Shown piece by piece: positions 48,554 to 58,466 of a stretch of 64,000 nucleotides of DNA (position 1 is the first letter of the stretch; each line of letters begins with the position of its first letter). The stretch covers positions 2,216,302-2,280,301 of the forward strand of contig OY730414.1 in the NCBI GenBank assembly GCA_963422615.1. Reading direction: 5' to 3'. The position numbers and the translations under genes are program-made. The notes beneath the pieces were generated by a model, which made no database searches, was not told the DNA's origin, and worked only from the letters and a program-made list of their open reading frames with translations. This DNA comes from Longimicrobiales bacterium (GTDB lineage Bacteria > Gemmatimonadota > Gemmatimonadetes > Longimicrobiales > Gaopeijiaceae).

Positions 48554-50806
48554 TCAACGCCCCGTCCGGACCGTCACCGTGCCGTCCTCCCGACCTGTCA
48601 CGGCTACCGAGCCGTTTCGGTCCGTCCGAAAGATCCGGGCTCCCGCCCGTTCCAGCCTTTTGAGAACCCCCGGATCCGGGTGCCCGTAGCGGTTTCGGGC
48701 CCCCGCGGAGACAAGGGCGAGGCGGGGCGAGGTGGCCCGCACGAATGCTTCCGACGTGGAAGTACGGCTTCCGTGGTGTCCGACCTTCAGAACCTCGATT
48801 CCCTCCTGGTCCAGGAGCCGGGCCTCCACAACGGCGTCGGCGTCTCCCATGAGCAGGGCGTCGAAATGGCCGAAGGTGACGCGCAGGACGACCGACCAAT
48901 CGTTGGGCGATCGGGGGTGGGCGGCGGGTTCGTCCGGCTCCTCCGGCCCGGGGCTGAGGACCCGGAAGGTCACGCCGTCAATTTCCCACGAATCCCCGGC
49001 GGCGGCGCGCCGCCAAGGTACGCCGGCCCGACGCGCCTCTTCCAACCCGGCCATGTGGCCGGCCTGGCCGCCTCCGAAGCCGGGGCCCAGGATGGTACCG
49101 ACGGAAATGTTGCGAAGGACGGAAGCCAGACCGCCGGCGTGGTCTTCGTCGGAGTGGGTGAGGACGATGGCCTCCAGCCGGCGCACGCCCCGGCCGCGAA
49201 GGTAGGGAACCACCCGGGTCAGGCCCGCGTCGGAACCGCCGAAGCGGGGGCCGGCATCCACCAGCAGCCACCGTCCCCGGGGCGTACGGACGCCGATGGC
49301 GTCGCCCTGCCCGACGTCGATGGCGACGATCTCCGTGCTCCCCCTTCCGGCAAGGGAAAGCGCGGCCTGGCCCAGCCAGAGTACAGCGCCCGCGGACAGG
49401 ACCGCGACGGCCGCCCGGACGACCGGGCGGGTACGCCAGTTGGCAGTTCCGAATGCCAGGGGCAAGAGGGCACCGACGGTCAGGAGCGCGGCCTCTCGGG
49501 GGGTCACCAGAAGGGTCGTGCCGGGGAGGGAGCCCAATACGGCGGCGGTGGAGGTGACCCCTTGAAGCAGGCCCTCCGATCCGGCGCCGGCCAGGCCCGC
49601 CCCCGGAAGCCCCAGCACATCCAGGACGATGGCCAGGAGGACGCCGGGGACCGCAGCGGCCACCATGGGGGTCAGCAAGATCGAGGACGGCAGGGACAGG
49701 AGGGGGATCTGGCCGAAGTGGTAGGCCAGAACGGGAGCCGTGAACACCGAAGCCCCGATGCCGGCGGCCACCGGGGGTGCGATCCAGCTTCGGCCGGGAT
49801 GGGCGGGCCAGTGTTTCATGATCCACCTGGACAGAACCAGGATCCCCGCCGTTCCGGCGACGGTTAGCTGGAAGCCGGCCCCGGCCACGACGGAGGGCCG
49901 GAAGACGGTGAGCATGAGCATGGAGAGACCGAGACTCCCCAGCGACCGCGCCGGCGTCTGCCGGAGCCTTCCCACCACGAAGGCCGTCGTCATCCAGGCG
50001 GCCCGCGTCGCCGACGTCGGCGCCCCGATGACCAGGACATAGGCCCACACGCCGATGGCGACCCCGGCGGCTCGCGCCCTGGGCGGGTGGCCCGCCGCGG
50101 TCAGAATGGTGCCCAGGAGGGCCGCAATCACGCCTACGTGGAACCCCGAGATGGAAAGGAGGTGGGCGCTTCCAGAGCGGGCGAACGCGTCCCACAGATC
50201 CTGGGGGATCCCTTCCCGTTCGGCGAGCACCAGGGCCGAGGCCACGCCTGCCTGGGAGCCCAGCCGACCTCGAATGGCCTGGGCGGCCCGTTCCCGGATG
50301 GCGGTCCGGAGCCTGTGGGCCCAGGGCACATGGCCGACGGCTTCGCGCACGGAGGCGGCGCTCAGGTAGACCGACACGGAACCGTCCCCGCGTACGGTTT
50401 CGAACCACCGGCCCTCTACGGTCACGAAGCGGGCTTCCGGGGGAGGTGCCCCGGACCGGGTGTACACTCTCACCAAGCCCCGGCACCCCCCGGCCTCCCC
50501 GGAGACCATCCGAAGACTGGAGGCACCCTGGGCGCTGGAACGGACGAAGTAGCCCGCAACCGAGGCCGGGGACCCGTCGGAAACCGAAGCGGTGCACCGG
50601 CCCTGGGAATGGCGGGCGCTCCCGGCCCAGGCCAAACCGGCAAGAAAGCAGATCAGGAGGGCAAGCGCCCGGGATTTGGGACCCCGCCATAGCGCAATGG
50701 GAAGAGCGAGGAGGAGGAGGGTCCGGTCGAAATCCAGAGCCGCGCTGGCCGCCGCGCCTGCGGCAAACCCTGTGGCGGTCCACAGAACCGGGGGCGCTTC
50801 CCTCAC
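48554..50806 (-). CDS. comEC: DNA internalisation competence protein ComEC/Rec2
   Basis: HLLSISGFHV, DVGQGD, THSDEDHAGG, KVGHHGS, NRYGHP, RTDRNG. Confidence 0.93.
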   Translation of the reverse strand: MREAPPVLWTATGFAAGAAASAALDFDRTLLLLALPIALWRGPKSRALALLICFLAGLAWAGSARHSQGRCTASVSDGSPASVAGYFVRSSAQGASSLRMVSGEAGGCRGLVRVYTRSGAPPPEARFVTVEGRWFETVRGDGSVSVYLSAASVREAVGHVPWAHRLRTAIRERAAQAIRGRLGSQAGVASALVLAEREGIPQDLWDAFARSGSAHLLSISGFHVGVIAALLGTILTAAGHPPRARAAGVAIGVWAYVLVIGAPTSATRAAWMTTAFVVGRLRQTPARSLGSLGLSMLMLTVFRPSVVAGAGFQLTVAGTAGILVLSRWIMKHWPAHPGRSWIAPPVAAGIGASVFTAPVLAYHFGQIPLLSLPSSILLTPMVAAAVPGVLLAIVLDVLGLPGAGLAGAGSEGLLQGVTSTAAVLGSLPGTTLLVTPREAALLTVGALLPLAFGTANWRTRPVVRAAVAVLSAGAVLWLGQAALSLAGRGSTEIVAIDVGQGDAIGVRTPRGRWLLVDAGPRFGGSDAGLTRVVPYLRGRGVRRLEAIVLTHSDEDHAGGLASVLRNISVGTILGPGFGGGQAGHMAGLEEARRAGVPWRRAAAGDSWEIDGVTFRVLSPGPEEPDEPAAHPRSPNDWSVVLRVTFGHFDALLMGDADAVVEARLLDQEGIEVLKVGHHGSRTSTSEAFVRATSPRLALVSAGARNRYGHPDPGVLKRLERAGARIFRTDRNGSVAVTGREDGTVTVRTGR

Positions 50807-51204
50807 TCCAGGGGCTTTTCTCCGTGCGGGTTACGTGGGTCGTCCGGGCGGTCGAAGGGACCGCCCAAGGTCTGCTGGCCGGGGACGGGGCCGGTATCGT
50901 CGTCGGGACCGGGGAGGTTGGAACGCTCGGAATCCGGACCCGCCTTCTCCCGGAGGCTCCGGGCCCCACCTCGTTCGCGGAGCAGCTTCCGGACCCTCAG
51001 GTCGGCGTTGATGCCCGCCAGGAGCACAACGCCCATTCCGGCCACCATGCCGCCGAAGGCGACGAAGGTGACCGGGACCTGGTATAAGGTCACAACGCCG
51101 AGGTCGATGGTCACCCGCCGCCCGGTGTTATTCAGGGCAAACACCAGCCCCGTCAGAAGGACCCCGCCCAGACCGAGCCAGCCAGCGACACGCTGCACAG
51201 CCAC
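50803..51204 (-). CDS. Small two-TM protein, LapA/DUF1049-like
   Basis: VFALNN...VTIDLG...VPV...GMVAG followed by a basic coiled stretch (LRVRKLLRER). Confidence 0.6.
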   Translation of the reverse strand: MAVQRVAGWLGLGGVLLTGLVFALNNTGRRVTIDLGVVTLYQVPVTFVAFGGMVAGMGVVLLAGINADLRVRKLLRERGGARSLREKAGPDSERSNLPGPDDDTGPVPGQQTLGGPFDRPDDPRNPHGEKPLE

Positions 51205-51208
51205 AGCC

Positions 51209-52693
51209 TCAGGCGGTCGCCTCGACCGGAGACGGCCCGTAGCTCCGAGCCCGCCCTCCCTCCGGGGTGCGCGACCGGTCCTCGGAGGCGCGCCCCGATT
51301 CCCGGGCGACCGGGCTCCCCCGGTCCGGGACCAACACGTCCCCTTCGGAAAGCACCTCCGCCACGAAGGTGGCGCCCGTGGTCCGCACCAGGCGGGCCGT
51401 CCGGTAGCAGCCGATGTCGGCTTCGGTACCGGGAATCACCGCGGCCTTGTTCCGCCGGGTCCGTCCCAGGACCATCCCTTCGCTTCGCCCCTTCCGCTCG
51501 ACCAGCAGCGCTTCGACCCTGCCCACTTCGCTCCGGTTGATATCGGCTTGGATCCGCCGGGTCACGGCAATGAGCGTTTCCAGCCGCGCCTGGCCGACCT
51601 CCGCAGGAATGAACTGACTGGGTGGAAGCCGAGTGGCCGGCGTTCCCGCCCTGGGGCTGTATCGATAGGTGAAGGCTTCGTCGAAGCGGACGGCGCGGAG
51701 AAGGCCCAGAGTCTCTTCGAACTCCGCTTCCGTTTCCCCGGGAAAGGCGACAATCACGTCCGTGGACAGCGCCACGTCGGGCACCGTCGAGCGAATCAGG
51801 TCAACCTTTTCCAGGAAGGACTCTGCCGTGTAGCGACGAAGCATGCGCTTCAAGGTGCGGTTGCTCCCGGACTGGACCGGCAGGTGGAATTGTTCGCACA
51901 CCGCCCGCTCCGCCGCCATGACCTCGACCAGCTCTTCCGTCACGTCGTTGGGGTGGGGGGAGGTGAAGCGCACGCGGCGGACGCCGGGGACCCGGGCCAC
52001 GGCCCGGAGGAGGCGGGCGAAGGACCATTCACCGGACCGGTAGGAGTTCACCGTCTGCCCGAGAAGGGTCACCTCCGTGATCCCCCGGGCGGCGGCTAGG
52101 CGGACCTCTGCCAGCACATCTCCGGGGTCGCGGTTCTTCTCCGACCCCCGCACGTAGGGAACGATGCAAAAGGTGCACCGGTGGTTGCAGCCCCGCTGAA
52201 CCGGAACCCACGCCGACACCCGGGAACGCCGGCGCTGCTCCAGACCCCGGTAGTTCTCGTCCAGAGAGAGCCCCAGGACGGACAGGCGCTTCGGAGTCCC
52301 CGCCTCGGGCCGGACCTTCCGGAGCGCGGCCCCCAATCCCCGGTAGCTGTCAGGCCCCATGACCAGGTCCACATAAGGAGCCGCCTCCAGGAGATCATCC
52401 CCCAGCCGCTGCGCCATGCAGCCGGTCACCCCCAGGATCAGCCCGGGCCGGCGGCGCTTCAGCGCGTTCAGCTGGCCGACCCGGCCCAGAACCCGCCTCT
52501 CGGCGTGCTCCCGAATGGCACACGTGTTGACGAGAACCACGTCGGCGGTTTCGGCCGAGGTCACGATCTCGTAGCCCTCCGACTCAAGGACCCCTTCCAT
52601 GAGTTCCCCGTCGGAAATGTTCATCTGGCAACCGTACGTCTCGACGTACGCACGGCCCCGTTGGCCTCGGCTTTGTGGGTTCGTCGCTTCCAT
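51209..52693 (-). CDS. miaB: tRNA methylthiotransferase MiaB
   Basis: ETYGCQMN, NTCAIRE, GCNHRCTFCIVP, RFTSPHP, TRAM domain. Confidence 0.95.
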   Translation of the reverse strand: MEATNPQSRGQRGRAYVETYGCQMNISDGELMEGVLESEGYEIVTSAETADVVLVNTCAIREHAERRVLGRVGQLNALKRRRPGLILGVTGCMAQRLGDDLLEAAPYVDLVMGPDSYRGLGAALRKVRPEAGTPKRLSVLGLSLDENYRGLEQRRRSRVSAWVPVQRGCNHRCTFCIVPYVRGSEKNRDPGDVLAEVRLAAARGITEVTLLGQTVNSYRSGEWSFARLLRAVARVPGVRRVRFTSPHPNDVTEELVEVMAAERAVCEQFHLPVQSGSNRTLKRMLRRYTAESFLEKVDLIRSTVPDVALSTDVIVAFPGETEAEFEETLGLLRAVRFDEAFTYRYSPRAGTPATRLPPSQFIPAEVGQARLETLIAVTRRIQADINRSEVGRVEALLVERKGRSEGMVLGRTRRNKAAVIPGTEADIGCYRTARLVRTTGATFVAEVLSEGDVLVPDRGSPVARESGRASEDRSRTPEGGRARSYGPSPVEATA

Positions 52694-52698
52694 GAAGA

Positions 52699-54054
52699 CT
52701 AATTCAGCCCCACCCTGGCCACCCCGTCAACCGGGGCGGCCGGATCGTCTATGCGAACGCCCGCCCCGTCCTCGGTGAGCCGACCCGGGTGGAGAACCGA
52801 CGGATCCAGGGGGTGCCGGGCCCGGACGGTCACCCGGAGGTAGTCCTCGGTCAGGGCCGTCCCGCCCGGGCCCTCCAGCACGACCTGCACCTGGGCGCCG
52901 CCTCGGCTCCGGGAATAGCGAGCCCCCTTCTCTTTCGCCAAGGCCCTGACTTCTCGTGCCCGATCCCCGGATACGCGCTCGGGAACCCGGCCGGGCAGAC
53001 CGGTGGCCGCGGTTCCGTCCCTGCGGGAATAGGGGAAGACATGAAGGTAGGTGAAAGGAAGCTCCGCCACGAGGGCCAGCGTCCGGGCGTGGTCGGCAGC
53101 GGATTCCCCGGGGAACCCCGTGATGACATCGGCCCCCAGGCCGATGGGGTCCACGACTTCCGCGATCCGCAGGGCCCTCCGGCGATAGTCTTCCCGGGTG
53201 TGCCACCGCCGCATTTTTCGCAAAACCGGATCGGCGCCGCTCTGGAGGGGCATGTGGAGGTGGGGGGCCAGGCGTCCCCCGGAAGACGTCAGAAGGCGCA
53301 GCATCTCGTCGTCGACTTCGGTGGCCTCGATGCTGCCCAGGCGGAAACGGACTTCCGGAACTTGGTCCAGAAGGCGCCCCACGAGTCCCGATAAGGACGC
53401 CCGTGGTTCCAGGTCCCTGCCGTAGTGGCCGATGTGGACCCCGGTGACGACCAGTTCGGGGTGGGTGCGGGCCAGAACCCGCGCCTCCTCCACGACCTCC
53501 GCCGGATCCCGGCTGCGACTCCTTCCCCTGGCGAGACGAGTGGCGCAGAAGGCGCACTTTCGGTCGCAACCGTCCTGGACCTTGAGCCAACCCCGGGTTG
53601 CGCCGGCCCGCCGCCGAAGAACCGTCGCCCCGATCCCTTCCATATGCGTGCGGTTCAGGGGCAACCGGGTGCCGAGCTGTACGAGATTGTCCGGGCGCCG
53701 CGTCTCGGGGCCCTCGTCCAATGCCCGGACGGCGGCGGCCAGAACGGCTTCCGGATCGTGGCCCGCCACCACACCCGCCACCTCCGGCATTCCCCGGTAT
53801 TCGCCTCCGCGCAGGGCGGCCGAGCACCCCGCCACGACGACCTTTGCGTCCGGGTTCCGGCGGGCAACCCGTCGGACGAAGCGCCGAGCGTCGGCGTCGG
53901 CCCGGTTGGTAACCGTACACGTGTTGACCACGCACAGACTGGCAGACGCCAGGTTCGGCGCTTCACGCCCCCCGCAGCTCTCCAGGAACTGGCGGATGCG
54001 CTCCGTGTCGTACTGGTTCGTCTTGCAGCCGAAGGTTTTGTAGCGAATCCGCAC
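52699..54054 (-). CDS. mtaB: tRNA t6A methylthiotransferase MtaB-like radical SAM enzyme
   Basis: TFGCKTN, NTCTVT, KVQDGCDRKCAFC, ARGRSRSR, HVFPYSRRDGT. Confidence 0.85.
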   Translation of the reverse strand: MRIRYKTFGCKTNQYDTERIRQFLESCGGREAPNLASASLCVVNTCTVTNRADADARRFVRRVARRNPDAKVVVAGCSAALRGGEYRGMPEVAGVVAGHDPEAVLAAAVRALDEGPETRRPDNLVQLGTRLPLNRTHMEGIGATVLRRRAGATRGWLKVQDGCDRKCAFCATRLARGRSRSRDPAEVVEEARVLARTHPELVVTGVHIGHYGRDLEPRASLSGLVGRLLDQVPEVRFRLGSIEATEVDDEMLRLLTSSGGRLAPHLHMPLQSGADPVLRKMRRWHTREDYRRRALRIAEVVDPIGLGADVITGFPGESAADHARTLALVAELPFTYLHVFPYSRRDGTAATGLPGRVPERVSGDRAREVRALAKEKGARYSRSRGGAQVQVVLEGPGGTALTEDYLRVTVRARHPLDPSVLHPGRLTEDGAGVRIDDPAAPVDGVARVGLN

Positions 54055-54065
54055 GAACCGGCGGG

Positions 54066-55271
54066 CTAGAACCGGGAAATGCCCACGGAGACCGTCGCCC
54101 GCCAGAAGCGTTCGCTCAAGGGGCCACTGGACCGGGTGCTCCGTTCTACGCCGACGTCGATCCAGCCGAAGCGATTGCCCTCAATCGCCTGCAAGTTCAG
54201 TCCCAGCCCCGCGGACCAGACCATCTCAACCGGGTCGTCCACCTCGAAACGGAAGGGTAGGGCCAGCCTTCGGAACCCGAACCGAAGGGGCAAGCTGCGC
54301 ACCTCCCCCTCGATCGCCTGCCACTCAACGCCGGCGCCGAAACTGAGCTTCCCCCGGCTGGTCACCCCGGGATCGAAGCCGGCCGCATCGGACCAGTCCT
54401 GGAACACGAGGGAGGTGTTGAGGTGCAGGCGCCGCGTCAAACTGCCCGTGGCGCCCGCCGAAAACCGCGCCGGGATTCCATAGCGCTTGGCTTCGCCCTC
54501 GGTCTCTCCTCGGGGCTTCGCCTTCAGGTCGCCGGACCATTCCACCGCCCCGGCAACGTGGATGAGGCTGTGGGGACTGGCGCTGAAGCCCGCCGTGAAG
54601 CTGGTCCCGTCGTACTGCCAGGAGTTCGTGCGGGCGAAGGTTTCAACCTCTCCTTCGAGAGCCAGGGAATCGAGAGACCGGTCATACCGCTGGTCCAGGT
54701 TCCCCAGATAAGCCCCTGCGGCGATCCCGACGGCAACCCGCTCGCCAAATCTCTGGGCCCAGCCCAAGCGCATGACGGAGGTTCCGCCGTCACTCTCGAA
54801 GGCGTCCCGGACGGCAACCTCGGTCTCGCCCAGGGGGGTCGTCTTGGCGTGCTCTCCGGTCCACCGCTGTTCCATGTGTCCGGCGAGGGAAAAGGTCACG
54901 GCACCCCGGGCCGAGAGCACCGGGTAGGCGACCCCGATGAGGGGGAATCGGGTAGTTTGGGTAGTCCCGTCTCGGTCGTCGTCCAGTTCGAACTCCCCCC
55001 AAGCCGGCTGCATGGACACGCTGGCCGTCGGGAAGAGGAGATGGGCGGCGGCGGTGGGGTCGGTTGCGGAAAGTTCCACTCCCGCCAGACCGATGCCCAG
55101 GTTGCCCACCGCGACCGTGCGCCCGCCCCCGGCCGCCACCGGAACCCCCAGGGCCCGGAAGCCCAGCAAGGACTGGGCGGAAGCATCCCGGACCGGCAGG
55201 GAAACGGCCAGGGTCAGCAGGAAACCGGCCAGGGCCGGGACAGACGCGATTCCTCGCCCGTTCACCTTCAT
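54066..55271 (-). CDS. Outer-membrane beta-barrel protein (FadL/PorV-like, uncharacterised)
   Basis: Signal peptide ending ASA-QS; GGRTVAVG...DPTA hatch-like N-terminus; amphipathic strands; C-terminal Phe. Confidence 0.65.
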   Translation of the reverse strand: MKVNGRGIASVPALAGFLLTLAVSLPVRDASAQSLLGFRALGVPVAAGGGRTVAVGNLGIGLAGVELSATDPTAAAHLLFPTASVSMQPAWGEFELDDDRDGTTQTTRFPLIGVAYPVLSARGAVTFSLAGHMEQRWTGEHAKTTPLGETEVAVRDAFESDGGTSVMRLGWAQRFGERVAVGIAAGAYLGNLDQRYDRSLDSLALEGEVETFARTNSWQYDGTSFTAGFSASPHSLIHVAGAVEWSGDLKAKPRGETEGEAKRYGIPARFSAGATGSLTRRLHLNTSLVFQDWSDAAGFDPGVTSRGKLSFGAGVEWQAIEGEVRSLPLRFGFRRLALPFRFEVDDPVEMVWSAGLGLNLQAIEGNRFGWIDVGVERSTRSSGPLSERFWRATVSVGISRF

Positions 55272-56674
55272 CCTCCGCCGAGGTCGGAAAAGGTAAGGAT
55301 GAGTCGAAGGCGGGGCGCCGAAGCTCCCTTCCCTGCGAAGGACGCGTATTCCAGAGAGAGGGGCTCGAAAGTGGACAGCAGCGCCACCGTGCCAGTTACC
55401 GGGTCCCCCGAAGTCGTCTCCCCGCGAAGGAGGTCGCGAACGAGTCGGGTCACGGGCACCTCCACCCGATTCCCCGCCGGGGAGCTGAACCACTCGGGCT
55501 CGAGGATCTTGCCGATGATCCCGGTCATTGAGGGTCCCAGGGGCGACTTCGGAAGAAAGTCCGGCGCAAGGACCGCTCTCAGGTCCATGGACAGGGTATC
55601 CGAAGGAGCAAAGGCCCGGGGCGTCTCTCGGGAGGTGAAGAGGAGCCCGGCGTAGGAAACGTGATCCTCGTCGATGACGAAGGGACAGCCCAGCTTGGCG
55701 CACAACTCGGGGGGGCCGCGCAGCTCCTCGGGGATTTGGAGGCTCAGGACGGTTCGCCACGCCGGGGCGCCTCCCACCCGCAGGGCATCGCCGGGCGGAG
55801 CGGGGGCGGGATCGTAGACGAAGGTCGTCGTTTCGGTGGCCGCGCGAACCTGAAGCAGGGTGTCGGGTCTGATGCTGGGCAGGGTCTCCAGCCAGAGCCG
55901 CGCGGACCGGACCCGCAAGCGCACGCCCGGCTCGTCCGTGGTGAGTCGCACGCCCCGGGACAGGTCCGAGGCGTCCGCCCACGAGGCGACCCGGACGGAG
56001 TCGACTTCGATTTCCAGACTGTCGCCTGCGGTCACATCCCAGACCGCGCTCCCGATTTCTTCAACGGCGCCCCCGCCCGGGATGGACCACGAGACCCGGT
56101 GGTTCAGGGTGTCCACGGCAAACTGCCAGGTGGCGCTTACCCCGTCCCAGGGCTCGGTGGTGGCCTGGGCCCGGACCCTGACGGGGCCCGGGCCCGGGAC
56201 GACGCTGCTCCCGGTGTCGAAGCGGGCAACGATGCGCCCGGACAGAAAGGTCAGGGACGAGTCGGGCCGGGTTGTGCCGGTCGTATCCAGAACGGAGACG
56301 AAAGTCGGGTAGTTCCCGAAGCGAACGAGGGTCGCGGCCTCCAGTCCGTCTTCGGCGTCTTCGCCTCCGAAGTCCCGAGCGATGAACCCGCCCCCCAGAT
56401 CCGACGCCCGCCCGTATCCCCCGAAGACCCGGGCGTTTTCGGCGAAGTCCGAAAAGGGCAGCATGACTTCTACCGTAACGCCTTTCGGGACCAAGTCCTC
56501 GTGCGCGGCTGTGGGGAGCGCTTCCTGGCAACCCGCCGCCAGGATCCACAGGAGGGGAACGGCCGCCATCCGGGCGCCGGGAAGAGGGACGCCGGGCCGA
56601 CGAACGGGGATCCGGGCGCCGTTGCAGTGGCCGGACCCCTGGCGTGCGGCCGGGCGCCGCGCCGCGCGCTTCAT
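55268..56674 (-). CDS. Uncharacterised lipoprotein
   Basis: Hydrophobic stretch with lipobox LAAGC; beta-rich; C-terminal PRLRLILT; coupled by overlaps to cdd and the OMP gene. Start uncertain (56674 or 56569). Confidence 0.65.
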   Translation of the reverse strand: MKRAARRPAARQGSGHCNGARIPVRRPGVPLPGARMAAVPLLWILAAGCQEALPTAAHEDLVPKGVTVEVMLPFSDFAENARVFGGYGRASDLGGGFIARDFGGEDAEDGLEAATLVRFGNYPTFVSVLDTTGTTRPDSSLTFLSGRIVARFDTGSSVVPGPGPVRVRAQATTEPWDGVSATWQFAVDTLNHRVSWSIPGGGAVEEIGSAVWDVTAGDSLEIEVDSVRVASWADASDLSRGVRLTTDEPGVRLRVRSARLWLETLPSIRPDTLLQVRAATETTTFVYDPAPAPPGDALRVGGAPAWRTVLSLQIPEELRGPPELCAKLGCPFVIDEDHVSYAGLLFTSRETPRAFAPSDTLSMDLRAVLAPDFLPKSPLGPSMTGIIGKILEPEWFSSPAGNRVEVPVTRLVRDLLRGETTSGDPVTGTVALLSTFEPLSLEYASFAGKGASAPRLRLILTFSDLGGG

Positions 56675-57141
56675 CGGCTTCCCGTCCGGGTTCCTCCATC
56701 GGGGACGCTTCTCCCGGGGAGGACGCTTCCTGCAAATGCCGCGGGGATCAGATCCCGGAGCAGCCAACGGGTCATCTCCTTTCTGCCAACGCCGTACACC
56801 TCCAGTTCGTCGCCGAACTCGGCGAGCACCTGGCGACAGGCCCCACACGGTGCGACCGCTTCGTCTCGGTCGGTCGCGACGACCAGCCGCCGAAAGCGCC
56901 GGTGGCCCCCGGATACCGCAGCCCCGGCTGCCACCCGCTCCGCACAGAGGGTGAGACCGTACGAAGCGTTCTCCAGGTTGCACCCGGTGAACACTTCTCC
57001 CGAGTCCGCTTCGAGAGCCGCCCCCACCCGAAACCGGGAGTAGGGAGCATACGCGCGCAGAGCCGCCTTTCGAGCCAGCTTCGCCATCCGCTCCACCGGG
57101 TCCCGCTCCGTCAAGGAAAGGGCGTCAATGAAGGTGTTCAC
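56671..57141 (-). CDS. cdd: Cytidine deaminase
   Basis: AYAPYSRFRVGAA, NLENASY, CAER, PCGACRQ. Confidence 0.95.
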   Translation of the reverse strand: MNTFIDALSLTERDPVERMAKLARKAALRAYAPYSRFRVGAALEADSGEVFTGCNLENASYGLTLCAERVAAGAAVSGGHRRFRRLVVATDRDEAVAPCGACRQVLAEFGDELEVYGVGRKEMTRWLLRDLIPAAFAGSVLPGRSVPDGGTRTGSR

Positions 57142-57179
57142 GCCCTCGGCATGGTCGTACAGCGCACGGGAAATCTCCG

Positions 57180-58328
57180 TCAGGATTCGATCATAAGTCT
57201 GGGTAATCTGGGCGAAAGCATCGTGAGGATCTCGTAGGCGATGGTGCCCGCCTGATCCGCGACCTCGTCCAAAGGTAGCGCGGCTCCGTCGTCACGACCG
57301 ATAAACGTAACGATATCTCCAGACGATACCCTTCCCCCACGCCGAAGGCGCACCACCGTTGTGTCCATGGAGATCCTCCCGACGATGGACGCCATCCCGC
57401 CATGCACGATACCCCGGCCCCGGTTCCCCAGGGTTCTCGGAAGGCCGTCCCCGTACCCGATTCCCACCGTCGCCCAGGTCTCCCGCACCGCCGACCGATA
57501 GGTGGCGCCGTACCCCAGAGTTGTGCCGGGGAGCACATCCCGGACGAGGGCGACCCGGGCTCGCACCGCCACCACCGGCTCCGGGAACCCACCGGGACCC
57601 GCGCGTCCCCCGTACAGGTAGATCCCGGGCCGGGCCGCGTTGGCGATCCGGGACGGGAGGCGGAGGGCGCCGGCGCTGTTGGCGTAGTGAACAAGGGCGT
57701 CGGGCGGAATCCCTTCAACGCCTCGTACGAACTGCTCGAAGCGTTCCACCTGGGTCCGGGCGCTCCCCACGTCAGGCTCATCGGCGGAGTGGAGGTGGGT
57801 GAAGACCCCGAAGAGACGAAGGCCCGAATCAGGGGCGCTTCGCACCTGGCTCCACCACCCTCCCCCGCCACCCGAAAGGGGAAACCCCGCCCGACCCATC
57901 CCCGTATCGACCTCGATCTGGAAGGGCACCGGGACCCCGGGCGCGCGACCACTGGCGGCCAGCTCCCGAAGCGTCGCCAAGCCGCCCAAGTCGGATACCA
58001 CCGGAACCAGGCCCCCCTCGACGGCCCGGCCCAGCGCGGAGGGCGGGACCGGGCAGTAGACCATGACCGGTTCTTCCACGCCCAGGCGACGCAGCTGGAT
58101 TCCCTCTTCCACGGTCGCCACCCCGAAACCGAAGGGCCGGACCCGGCCCAGCGCCGCCACCACTCGTTCCACCCCGAGGCCGTAGGCGTCGGCCTTCACC
58201 ATCGGAATCAACTTCACCCGGGACCCCACCGAATCCCGGATTCGGCCCAGATTTCTCGCAAGGGCGCCCGAATCGACCTCGATCCAGGCCCGTTCCCGAA
58301 GTCGCCCGGAATCCCTGGACCGGGGCAC
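57180..58328 (-). CDS. alr: Alanine racemase
   Basis: VKADAYG, DTGMGRAG, RPGIYLYG, GYGDG, GRISMD; start at GTG 58328 after AAGGAG. Confidence 0.95.
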   Translation of the reverse strand: MPRSRDSGRLRERAWIEVDSGALARNLGRIRDSVGSRVKLIPMVKADAYGLGVERVVAALGRVRPFGFGVATVEEGIQLRRLGVEEPVMVYCPVPPSALGRAVEGGLVPVVSDLGGLATLRELAASGRAPGVPVPFQIEVDTGMGRAGFPLSGGGGGWWSQVRSAPDSGLRLFGVFTHLHSADEPDVGSARTQVERFEQFVRGVEGIPPDALVHYANSAGALRLPSRIANAARPGIYLYGGRAGPGGFPEPVVAVRARVALVRDVLPGTTLGYGATYRSAVRETWATVGIGYGDGLPRTLGNRGRGIVHGGMASIVGRISMDTTVVRLRRGGRVSSGDIVTFIGRDDGAALPLDEVADQAGTIAYEILTMLSPRLPRLMIES

Positions 58329-58466
58329 TACCGGCTCTCCTTCCCCCAACCGGGCCCACGAAGGTGGGCGCTGCAACGGGTAAGGAACGGCGCGGGCCGA
58401 TGAACCCTGACGCTCATTGCCGAAAGCTCATCGCCAATTCAAGTGCATACCGGCCGTTTTCGGGAA

